DNA of 64,000 nucleotides from Chlorokybus atmophyticus (taxonomy: Eukaryota; Plantae; Mesostigma and Chlorokybus algae), in NCBI GenBank assembly GCA_009103225.1, contig RHPI01002048.1, positions 175,702 through 239,701 on the forward strand. The letters are read 5' to 3'. Below the pieces are notes generated by a model. It was not told where the DNA came from. It searched no databases and saw nothing but the letters and a program-made list of their open reading frames with translations. Both the position numbers and the translations under genes were made by a program. Shown here one piece after another: positions 1-9,976 of this stretch. Within the stretch, counting starts at the first letter, position 1. Every line of letters begins with the position of its first letter.

Positions 1-3000
1 TACGACACTACGCGCTCCTTCTTGTTGGTGTCATGCTGTACGAGCACGGCCCCCATGCCGAGCTTGCTCCAGTCTGTGTGCAGGATGAACGACCTGGTGT
101 AGTCCGGGCGTTGCAGAATGGGAGCTGTGGTGAGGCGGAGCTTCAGTTCCTGAAAGGCCTCCTGTTGTGCCTCCTTCCACACGAACTCGGTGTGCTTCTT
201 CAGTAGTTCGTTGAGAGGCCTTGCGATTTTGGCAAAGTCTTTGACAAACCGTCGGTAATAGTTGGCAAGGCCGAGGAAGGCCCGCAGCCGCGTGAGGTCT
301 GTGGGGGCAGGGATAGCCACCAGTGCTTCCACTTTGGCCTGCTGTACGTACACACCATGGGGCACAATCATATGTCCTAGGTAGGGTACCTTGTGGGTGA
401 AGAAGGTGCACTTGTCAGGGTGCACCGTCATCCCGACTTCCTTCAGCCTCTGTAGCACCTCTTCGATGTGCTGGAGATGCTCCTCATTGCTGTGACCGAA
501 GATGAGGATGTCGTCGATGTAGCAGCGCGCGAAGTCCAACCCCTTGAGGGCTTTGTCCATGACGCGCTGAAACTTGGCCGGAGCGTTCTTCAGTCCGAAG
601 GGCATGACCTTCCACTGGTAAAGCTGCCGGTTTCCCCAGAAGGAAGTCTTGTGCTTGTCCTCCTCCTTGATGGCGATCTGGTTGTACCCTTGGCGCATAT
701 CCAGGATACTATAGACCGTGCAGTCTCCTACATCGTCAAAGATGCCTTCTGCGGTAGGCATCGGATACCTGTCCTGCTTGGTCTTGTTGTTGAGGGGGCG
801 ATAGTCGCCACACATGCGCCGGTCTGTCCAGTTGCCTGCTGAATCTTTCTTCAGGGGCATGACGGTCGCGGCCGCAAAGTCCGATGTGGACTCCTCGATC
901 AGGCCTGCATCTAGCAGCGCCTTGCACCTCCGTTCCACCAAGTTTTCTTCTAGGTTGGCAAGGCGGTACTGTCTTCTGAACACCGGTTCGGTGTCCACTA
1001 GTTCAATGTCCATCTGGTATGCTGAGCAGATGCCCAGCTCCTTCACACTGAAACTGAATTGGCTCCTCCACTTGTTGAGGAGAGCCTCGAGTTGCTCTCG
1101 AGTCTGGCCCGTGGCCAGCGGTCCAATGGCGTGGGACCATGAGGTAGCGTTGGCGACCACTGGAATGTCTTCCACAGTAACTGCTGCCTGCTCCTCCATG
1201 TGGGCGGTCTCGAGGGCGGTGTGTGCTGCTTTGGTCTCGAAAAAGCGAGCAATCCACCCCCCAGCCAGGTGTTCGAGCTCCTGGAAGGACACATGGCGGT
1301 CCTGGAGAGCAAAGCACATTTCCAAGTACCACACCATGCTGTTCTGATCCATGGCGCGCCCTAACAACTGACATTGTTGACTGGTTGTCAGCGTGGAGCC
1401 TGTGATGCTGCTTGGAAAGAATCCCATAGCACGCTCGCGCTCGCGGGCATTGGGTTCTTCCAGCTGTCCAGTGTTGGAGTCCAACACCATGCCGTCGCCT
1501 GCATTGCGGAACGCGTAGGAGCCTGGATAGGATACTAGTGTGGGTAGCGCGCGGCGCGGCTGGCCAGGCTGGTTGCACTGGTAGAAGTGGTGGTGGTCAA
1601 GGCGTGTGACTGGTTGCGCTGTGCGTCCAGGGTCCAGGATGTCATCGACGACGAGATTTCGTGGCCGATTGCTGTATAGGTACTCTGCCAGAAACAGGTC
1701 TTCCACAATGGCCAGGTTGGTCCACTTGGCGCGGACGCGGTGTGCACGAGATCCATGACGCGCGGCATTGATTTTGAGAGGATGCCCCAGCAAGGAGCAT
1801 ACTTGCCGATAGGCCTTGGCGACGTGGTGCCGCTTGTCATCCTCGGAGTGCACATTCTCGATGATGTACCCCAAGGGCCTAGCGATCTGACTGATCTGTA
1901 GGAGTTTGATGACTCTCATTAGCTCCCAGAACAGCTGTGAGCGAGGATCCGAGAGCCCTTGGCCTCTGCCTGCCCTGGAGTGCCCTTGACACTCCCACCC
2001 TGCTATCAGCAGGTCAATGTTGCCGACTGCCTGCAGGTGATCCTTGGTAATCCAGCGGATGTCCTGCGGTAGAGCCTTCTGGCTCCCTTGCAGTGCCGAC
2101 AGCGGTAGCTGCTGCGGGTAGCGCTGGTGCAGCTGTCGTAAATGATGGCTCAGAGCCTCCTGTGCATGAGGGTCAGGGTCACAGTAGAGGTACTTGGTGA
2201 CTGTTGTTCCTGTGTTGAGGACAGCCGCAAGCCCACTGCCTATGCCTCCGAACAGCTCCAGCACGGTGATGCCTTGTTGTCGGCGGAACATGTGGAACTC
2301 CACAACTCCCGTAGCTATGTGGTACTGCTCCTGCACTGTAGCCTGGTCTTTGTAGACAGGGAAGTGTGCAGTGAGCTGAGGCCTGGTCAGCAGCATGTGT
2401 GCTGCTACTTGTGCGCTCCAGCGACGCTCGGATGGCTCCTGAAAGGCCACTTCTTTGGTGACAGTCTCCTGAGACTCATCGTACGGTGTAGGAGAGTCCT
2501 CTTCAGCGTTTAGGCTCGGGCTCGAGCTCGTTGCAGTTGTCCTCGGCTGCGTTCGGGCACGAGGCACACGTGAGCTTTTTGTAAGACTGTAGGTGGCTGC
2601 TGCAGCCGATCTTCGTTGCGAGCGGTCCTTGGCCACCAGTTCGAGAGGTAGGAATCCCTGCTCCTCTCCATCGTCCTCATCCCAATGTGGTCGAAACCAT
2701 GCCTGCTCAGTCCAGCAGTCCAGCCCCATGCCGACAGGGAAGTTGCAGTCCTGTCCCAACAGTAGGTCAAAGGACCCGGCATCGGTGACCACACACCTTT
2801 GTACAATCTCGGTGCTGTGGGAAGGGTTTAGTCCGGTGAGGCGGATGCTCACAGCCTGCTTGGTAAGGCCGAGTACCTTGTCACGGTTGCCGGTTGCGGT
2901 GTCCAGCTGATAGGGACAGGGAAGCAGCTCAGCGCTGGTGATGCCGAGATCTCGTGCGAGGTAGCGCCCAATGATGACAGGCTGTGCTCCAGTGTCCAGC

Positions 3001-3647
3001 ATCACGCGTTTGGGTGCCCGCCCATTGACGGTCACGTGCTTGCCTTGGTTGGCGATCATGGCTGCATTGGCGTTGATGCGCAGCCTCTTGAAGCGACGGA
3101 ACCTCTTGCGTGGAGAGACTGTTGCTTTATTCTCATCTGCGGGGCCTGACCGTAGGGCAGCCAGGGCTCCTCTGCCTGATGGATCTTGTGGGCCTCCTTG
3201 TCCTCGGCTTTGTCCAAACCGTCCTTGTCGCGGTTGCTGGTACACGCGTGGTGGCCTAGGCACTGGAGGTGCTGCTGCAACCTGTCCAAGTGGAGGTGCA
3301 GGAGGGTTGACCCTCTGTGCAGCTGTTGTCATGCCAGGAGGAGTGGCCAGTGGCTGTGGCGGGAACCCTGGAGGACCTGGTGTTTGCGGGACTGCCTCTC
3401 GTGCAGCCTGCTCCTCTGCATAGGTCCATCGCACAGCATGGGCTGCCTCTCTGACTAGTGTACCTTCCCATGTAGCCGTCGCATTGTTGTCGACGTCTAT
3501 ATAGCGATGGTTCTGAGGCATGGGCTGCAGGTACACTGCGCGTAGGAGCCGCGCTCTCATGTCGTGGGTGATGGTGGGCACCCTGAGGATCCCTGCCATG
3601 TAAGCATCCCATCTGCCGTTGACCACTCCCACTTTTTTCCAGCACTG
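1..3647 (-). CDS. pol: Retrotransposon Pol polyprotein: protease - C5 methyltransferase - RT - RNase H (partial; runs off the window)
   Basis: I translated every codon from the stop at 3650-3648 to position 1 and found no stop. Protease DTG lies at 2996-2988, YIDD at 521-510 and RNase H HTD at ~80-72, all in one frame. Confidence 0.95.
1320..2273 (-). other. C5 DNA cytosine methyltransferase domain inside Pol
   Basis: Motifs occur in canonical order: I VLELFGGIG (2264-2238), IV DLLIAGWECQGHS (Cys 1991-1989), V GLSDPRSQLFWE, VI YIIENV (1859-1851), VIII HRVRAKWTNL (1742-1713), IX EPNARERERAMGF, X LLGRAMD. Confidence 0.93.
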
Positions 3648-6600
3648 TTATTGCTCGTGTGCGTACAGTGAGCCGGGTCTCTGGCTGTTGGACATGCTGC
3701 TCGTAAGCAGTGGCGATGCGCCTGCGCTGACATCCTGCCTCCACCCCTGGCAAACTCAGTATCGCCTCCAGAGCTCCCTCCAGAGTGTCAATGGCGGCGG
3801 AAGCCACTTCATCATCGGCTTGCCGTATGGAGCGAAGGAATGCGTCCACCCACGCTATTCTGGCGCCGAAAGCGAACAACGGGACTGCGGGATGGTTGGT
3901 AACCAGCCACGTCACTAACCGTGCGCGTGCCGCGTTGCCACTGTCTCGCATCCCAAGCATCTGCCGCAGTCCGATGCCTTCTTGCCGATGCAGCATGGTT
4001 GCTTGTCGCAACAGAGCAGTGCGTAGTTGTTGCTCTCCAACCAGTCCTGCTCCATCTCTTTGTGTACACCCTTGTGGTGTAAGGTAGCCCCTCCCTGGCT
4101 CCCTTTGGTCCTCAGGTAGATCCTCCACCAGCGCAGGCAGCAACGGGGCGATCACCCCCCTGGTTTGTTGAGCCAACGCCCTCGCTTGGTCAGAGTTGGT
4201 CCCGACGAAGAGCGGAGTGGTGCTGGAGGATGGACCAGCAGTTGGTGACTGAGGTATTGGTGCACGTGTAGCTTCAAGAGCTTGTTCACGTGCAGCAATG
4301 GCGGCAGCTTGATCCTGTCGCCAATGATATGCTTGTTCCAGTGCGTGGTAGCGCTGATGAAGACGAGCGGTTGTAGGAGGTCCAAGTGCTTCATCAATGC
4401 CCAAAGGCAGATCGGCTGCGTCGGCGATTCGCTGCTGGATGGCGTCTCGGCGGTCCCGATACGTGTCCAACGGGCTGGGTTCAAAGGTGGTGGTTGGCAT
4501 GCGTGCAGGCTGGCGAGGGGCGGTCTGCATGTTGTTGTGCAACGCCCAGAACAGCTGCAGAGCCAACTCCAACACTACAGGTGGGCTGTAGCTGATCAAG
4601 AACACCCTGTCACGCATCGGGGGTGCAGTGCCAGCAAGGATCTCATCTTCTAACTGGTGTTGAGTGAGTGCTGGAAGGGTGTGAACCTCTGGTAGCGGGA
4701 AGACGCGATCATCGCGGGCGACACGCGTGGTGCGCTCCCCCCCCCGGCCGAAGGCGATGGTAGTGGGGTCTGCTCCGCGCAGGATGGTTTCCCATGCCCG
4801 TTCAGCTTGCTGACCAGTTGGGACAGCCTGAGTGACGTCGAGAGCGGGCAGAGTGGCTGCGCGCGTCGCTGCAGAGACAGCGGGCTCGACGATGGCCATT
4901 GTGGCAGTTGCGACGGTATCGGTCAGTGGTACGAGAGTTGTCTCAACGCCCCCGGACAGAGGCGCTGCTGCAGTGGGAAGTGCACCGCCCACTGGTGCAG
5001 ATTCGGTAGTGATGGCGGCTGCTGCCAGTGTGCTCACCAGCGTCGGCGTCACGATGCTCACCGGTGTACCAGGTTGTGGTGCAACTGGAGTGGGTAATGC
5101 TGACGTTGATGGAGTCGACGTTGTAGCCGGTGTGGCTGTTGCTGCGGAGGCAGCACCACTGGTGGCTTCGGAGGAGGTGCCTGCTGATGTTGTTGCAGCT
5201 TCCCCTCGTGCTCGTCGTGATGGTTGCACGCGGGACGGAGTGTTCCTGTCTCTCTCGCGTTTTGCAGCCATCAGCGCCCATCGGGCCGTGTAGCAGGCGC
5301 GGTAGTCCTGCTCCTTGTCTTCCTCCAAGCGTGCCATGCGTGCCATTAGGGCTGCCATATGGTCATCAGCTGGTGGGTTGGCTGAAGCCTTGGCGGCAAC
5401 AGCAGCAGCGCGCGGACGTGTCTCTGGTCCCTTACGCTGAGGAGGTCTGTTCTTCCCCCTGTAGCCTTGCTCTTCCTTGCGAGCACTGGCATTGTTGTTG
5501 TTGTTACTGCCACCAGCGTTGTTGCTGTTGTGGGCTCCAGTGTTGTTGCTGTTGTAGCCACTGAAGTTGTTGGCAGGGTGGTTGTAGCTGTTGGCGGGCC
5601 TCAACTCTGGGAACTTGAGCCAGCAGACTGACTCCAGATGACCAATCTTGTGACAGTGGTCGCAAACCAAAGTTGAGTATTCTTCGGTGCACTCCTTTTG
5701 GTAGTGCCCATGCCGTCCACAGCGATGACACAGCACAGGGGCAGCAAGTGCAGCATGAGCTGACCGTTTCCCTTTGTCGCGTGCTGGTGGAGCGTCCCGG
5801 CCACGGTCGCGGCGAGGAGGCTCAGTTGTCGTGCTGACTACAGGCCGTACGGCGCTGCGGTTGGTGTCCAGCACTGCCTTCTCATACACCAAGCGCTTGT
5901 GGATGGCTTGTGCAGTCTCGAAGGCTTCTGTGAGGGTGTAGCCAAGGGGCCTGCTGTAGTTCAGAGTCAGGCGTGTCGACTCGCTCAGAGCAGCATCCAA
6001 CTCATTGACGTATATTACTGCAGCAGCCTCCTTACTGACAATCTTGTAGACAGTGTCCTTCAGCAGACCTTCCAGTCTGGAGTATAAGCGGAGGGGATCG
6101 TCATTGAACTTGCGTCGGAAGCGTCTCAGCTCCTCAACCTTGCTGGTGGTCTGAGGAGGGAGGGTACGGCGCAGGGCAGCGTACAGGTCCTTGAGTGGAG
6201 AATCAGAGATGGCAGCACCTACGGTGATGGCTGGTGCGCGCAGTGCTACTGACCCGAGGGTGAAAGCGCTACCTCCTGCACGAGAGCCAGGTGTTGCTGG
6301 AGGTAGAGGAGTACCCCACTCTGCGGCTGCCGCTTGCTGTACAGCTCGTTGTTCCTCAATGATGCTGGCAGAACGGTCGAGGATGCGGACTCGACGTGTG
6401 GCCTCCTTGGACTCAACTTCTGCAGGGGTCAAGTTGACAAGTACCAACTCTGGTTCCTCCTCCTCTGCCTGCTTGAGAGCTGCAGCTATGGTCAAGCCTG
6501 TTACTGCAACTGAAGTGGCAGGTGGAATGACACCTGCTGGACGGTGCCGGGCTGCAGATGCTATGGTGCTGGCAAGCTCGCCATAGCCGTCTCCTCGATG

Positions 6601-7014
6601 CAGTTCAGCAACGGACTTCCAGACATCGTGTGCTTCATGATCAAGATACTGAGCAGCAATGTGGAAAGAGATCTCATCTGACCAGTCTTTGTTCTTCAGT
6701 GCTTGCTGCCGCATCTTGGAGTGGAACTTGATGATGAACTCATCCAGCGAGGTGGTGCCGGCACGTCCGGAGAAGCGCAGGGATGTGGTTGAACTGGAAG
6801 ATTCCATCTCGTTGTCGTCGCTGTCCGATGATAGTGGAGAAGCTGGATGACGAGGAGTAGAGTGGAGCGGGGTGAAGCTGGAGATGGAGCGCGAGCCTCT
6901 GCTGCTGCGGTCGATGCTTCCGTCACTGGTCCGCTCGTAGGTGAGGTTGGTGGTTGGGCTCCAACTGCTGAGGTCACCCTCGTCTATTGGGGAGAACGGG
7001 GTGGGCCTGCTCAT
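3256..7014 (-). CDS. gag: Retrotransposon Gag (capsid-like region, two zinc knuckles, long extension). The segment below ~3633 is probably an out-of-frame tail.
   Basis: 1252-aa ORF with CHRCGRHGHYQKEC and CDHCHKIGHLESVC (CX2CX4HX4C) at ~5620-5735, located directly upstream of pol. Confidence 0.88.
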   Translation of the reverse strand: MSRPTPFSPIDEGDLSSWSPTTNLTYERTSDGSIDRSSRGSRSISSFTPLHSTPRHPASPLSSDSDDNEMESSSSTTSLRFSGRAGTTSLDEFIIKFHSKMRQQALKNKDWSDEISFHIAAQYLDHEAHDVWKSVAELHRGDGYGELASTIASAARHRPAGVIPPATSVAVTGLTIAAALKQAEEEEPELVLVNLTPAEVESKEATRRVRILDRSASIIEEQRAVQQAAAAEWGTPLPPATPGSRAGGSAFTLGSVALRAPAITVGAAISDSPLKDLYAALRRTLPPQTTSKVEELRRFRRKFNDDPLRLYSRLEGLLKDTVYKIVSKEAAAVIYVNELDAALSESTRLTLNYSRPLGYTLTEAFETAQAIHKRLVYEKAVLDTNRSAVRPVVSTTTEPPRRDRGRDAPPARDKGKRSAHAALAAPVLCHRCGRHGHYQKECTEEYSTLVCDHCHKIGHLESVCWLKFPELRPANSYNHPANNFSGYNSNNTGAHNSNNAGGSNNNNNASARKEEQGYRGKNRPPQRKGPETRPRAAAVAAKASANPPADDHMAALMARMARLEEDKEQDYRACYTARWALMAAKRERDRNTPSRVQPSRRARGEAATTSAGTSSEATSGAASAATATPATTSTPSTSALPTPVAPQPGTPVSIVTPTLVSTLAAAAITTESAPVGGALPTAAAPLSGGVETTLVPLTDTVATATMAIVEPAVSAATRAATLPALDVTQAVPTGQQAERAWETILRGADPTTIAFGRGGERTTRVARDDRVFPLPEVHTLPALTQHQLEDEILAGTAPPMRDRVFLISYSPPVVLELALQLFWALHNNMQTAPRQPARMPTTTFEPSPLDTYRDRRDAIQQRIADAADLPLGIDEALGPPTTARLHQRYHALEQAYHWRQDQAAAIAAREQALEATRAPIPQSPTAGPSSSTTPLFVGTNSDQARALAQQTRGVIAPLLPALVEDLPEDQREPGRGYLTPQGCTQRDGAGLVGEQQLRTALLRQATMLHRQEGIGLRQMLGMRDSGNAARARLVTWLVTNHPAVPLFAFGARIAWVDAFLRSIRQADDEVASAAIDTLEGALEAILSLPGVEAGCQRRRIATAYEQHVQQPETRLTVRTRAITVLEKSGSGQRQMGCLHGRDPQGAHHHPRHESAAPTRSVPAAHASEPSLYRRRQQCDGYMGRYTSQRGSPCCAMDLCRGAGCTRGSPANTRSSRVPATATGHSSWHDNSCTEGQPSCTSTWTGCSSTSSA

Positions 7015-7203
7015 ACAGCTGGTCCAGAGGTGAAAGGGTAGAGTGCTTGTGCTCTACCGTCTATCCTGATGCTGTTACCACCCAACACACTAGTGCTTGT
7101 GCGCACTATGTGATGACAATGATAACGAATGCCCAGCGATGTATCCCTGGGTGCAGACTGCACTATCTGATGCAGATTGCAACACACTCACTTGTGCAAA
7201 GAG

Positions 7204-7555
7204 GGTGACACTGTAAGTCAACAAGCCACTACGATAGGTAGTGCTGTGGACACAGTTCTTTGCATGAGTGGATAGAATGATACACTGTTAAGTGAGGTGA
7301 ATGAGTGTGCAACACGTGGATACAACACCCTGACTACTGAAACAACACACCACCGTCAAGCTCACAGCAATGGCAGGCACAGCGCACAAGAGCATGCACC
7401 GTGTCTCACGCAGTAAGGGAATTCTTGGCAACCGGGGCAGCGTGCTTCCAGTTCAAGTCGCTTCACAAGCTCTTTAGAAACAGAGTCTTTACTTCTTAAT
7501 ACTCCTAGTACTCACAGTACTCCTAGTACTCACAGTACTCACTTACAGTGTCACC
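7204..7555. repeat. Segment bounded by a perfect 15-bp inverted repeat (inner 7206-7553 reads TG...CA); LTR-like or small TIR element
   Basis: GGTGACACTGTAAGT at 7204-7218 and ACTTACAGTGTCACC at 7541-7555. Confidence 0.55.
7500..7542 (+). repeat. 18-bp tandem repeat, 2 full copies plus a partial
   Basis: TACTCCTAGTACTCACAG at 7500-7517 and 7518-7535, then TACTCAC. Confidence 0.85.
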
Positions 7556-9976
7556 AGCCAGTCTGGTGACGTGACTTCCTACTTATACATGTCAAATCAT
7601 GACTGTGCAGGGCCACGCGGGCACTAGGCCAACGGTCACATCGAGGCCTCATGCTATTTCGGAAATCTCCTAAGACTCGATATAGCACATGTGTTCTTAA
7701 CAGACTTACAACTGATCAGCTACGCGCGGTCCCTACAGACAGGTCTATAAAGTAGCCCTAGCTACATGCTACATGAGTGATACAGTAGCCAGCAGTAGGC
7801 TGGGGCTCGCGCGGTCTTCATGCTGGTAGCCCAGGCGTGGGGCTGGGTGTAGGCATGCTTGAGAAGAACTGGCATGCGAGGGTAGATGGCATGACAGAGC
7901 GCATGCGCGTGCGTACGCGAGTGGCGGAGCGCGCGTGTGTGCTTGGCAGAGGGGGCAAGGTTCCGGTGTGAATACCGTGCCTTGGTGAGAGGGTTGTTGA
8001 TTGGACCAACTCACAGGTGACAAGGCACGAGCACCGTCACACTTATCATGTCACATATTGTACACCTTGCTCTCATGTCACACTGCTGAGCATGCAAGAA
8101 GTGTTAATGCAGTAATCTCAAATGATTTGTTGTCATCATCATAACCATATCTGCATAATGCAAAACGCATCTTTAATTAAACCATCATAATGACATGTAC
8201 GCACTTTTTGATATGTAAAGAGTTGTAGTGCATTACATGCATAGTATACGATGCTTACGTCAAGCCTTTTTATTAATAGTCGTTGAAAGCAGTAGATGCC
8301 GCTGCGCTGAAAATGACTATTTTGCACCGTGCTTTTAGATAATGTCAATGGTTAATGATGCGCCTCAATGATATTGCTTAATATTATGGTAATGTGGATC
8401 GCATTGCGTCGTGGCATAATTTGTGAGTAGAGACACGCTTTTGATGGAGTCGATGAGTTTCTTTTGTGTCACAGCATCTCTAAAGATGAATATAACGCAT
8501 GCATCGCGTTTGGATATACAAGTAATATTATGACACGTGTATGTAAGATATTGGGCCAATAATTCTTGATAAGACATGCATAAACGTAAAATTGCAGCAA
8601 TCTCAGCAGTAATATACAAAAACTTCTCAATCCAAGCACGTGCCAGAGCTATGCGTAAGAAACGGCACCCGTATCAATTTATCAGGGATACATTTTTTTG
8701 TTACTTCATGAAACCTACATTCAGACCTGCGGTGAAAGCACATGAGTTATATAGTAGATTGATGTTGCCAGATAACTATTAAAATGACATGGCAACTACA
8801 TTAATGTTGTAATGTAATATAATATATGCTACAAAGATATCATGTAGGTTTAAAACCCATTACTTGTAAGATCACATGTTGACCGTTTGCCCACCCACAT
8901 ACCGCCGTCGGTTCAAGTCGGCCGAACAAGCATTGGCCCCCAACCCTAGGCGGCCTATTAAGTTAAACCTAGCCTCAAGCATTTACTCATGTCACATGAG
9001 TTATGTGACATGAGGCGCCAACGCGAAAGCGCGAGAGTCTGCAGTTGTGAAAGTTGAATCTTGTTTAAAACCCCCAACGGTCACATCAATTGCACCGGAA
9101 GCGACAACAAAAAGTGACTTGCGTTGCGTACCTCGTGCAATGAACTTGCCTCATCATGTTACGGCTCACGAGAAATGCAAGTAGGTGACCGGGTCACTGA
9201 CCTGCTTACATCATGTGACAATGTTGACGGGCAAAGTATGACCGTCGACTTTTGGCCCAGCTCACATTGTCAACATTTGGATCAGTGGCGGTCGAACATC
9301 AGTTGGCGGTGCGGACAACTGGGTGCACACAGCCATTGATCTGGCATCCAGGCCGCATTCTACTCGCCTTCAACGGGCCTGTAACGACAACACACCGCGC
9401 GATACGCAGAGCACTCGTTGCAGTTACGTAACTCAAATTATGATATCCACCAAAATTGCATTTTCATTACCATTGTCGATATCGGCTGCAATCGACGGTG
9501 CAGCTGAAAACGCCGGCAGGTCTAGACCAACGGCGGGCGGCGGATCCCTTTAGCGATATCAGTGATGCACAACGTGTCAAGGCCAAGCCGTGCCGCCGAG
9601 ATACGCTGAATTTGGTTGTGACTCACAACTTGTGAGGCACTGTCCCGTTCCACTGGTCTGGTCGATGAGCTGGAAGCGAGGTACTGACACTGTTTCTAGT
9701 ATCGTACACCTCGTAGTTGAGTATCGCGCGCACAGCTCAGTAGCTGCCGTATTTTGTCTGGCAAAACATTTGGCGTTTTGCATTTGCCCGCCTTCAGTCA
9801 GCTCAGCGCCGGCGGCGTTCAAGGACGACGAGCAGCAGTAGGAGGCGGCAGAAGAGGAGGAACACAAGGAGGGGTTGGAAAAGAGTGTCTGAGAGGTGTT
9901 CCTTAGCGTGGAATGCCGTTTGGCGGGGTGTGAAGGTTGTATTCTTGTCTGCCTGGCACACAGCTTGACGTGTGAC

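Larger units (their letters stand above)
1..7014 (-). mobile_element. Ty3/gypsy-type LTR retrotransposon internal region (gag + pol) carrying a DNA cytosine methyltransferase; truncated by the left window edge; 5' boundary not resolved
   Basis: Manual translation gives Gag with two CCHC knuckles, aspartic protease LDTGA...FDLLLGQD, RT motifs RMCGDYRPLN, LDMRQGYNQI, MPFGLKNAP and YIDD, and the start of RNase H (LHTDWS...GAVLVQ). The PR-RT-RH order is gypsy-like. Integrase and the 3' LTR would lie outside the window. Confidence 0.95.

Noticed and set aside
31-3458. Many short ORFs on both strands over the pol region
   Set aside because: They are shadow frames of the uninterrupted minus-strand Pol frame.
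7015-8100. Canonical tRNA primer-binding site and defined 5' LTR
   Set aside because: I found no TGGTATCAGAGC-like or other convincing TGG-starting PBS after a CA end, and the 3' LTR is outside the window, so it cannot be compared.
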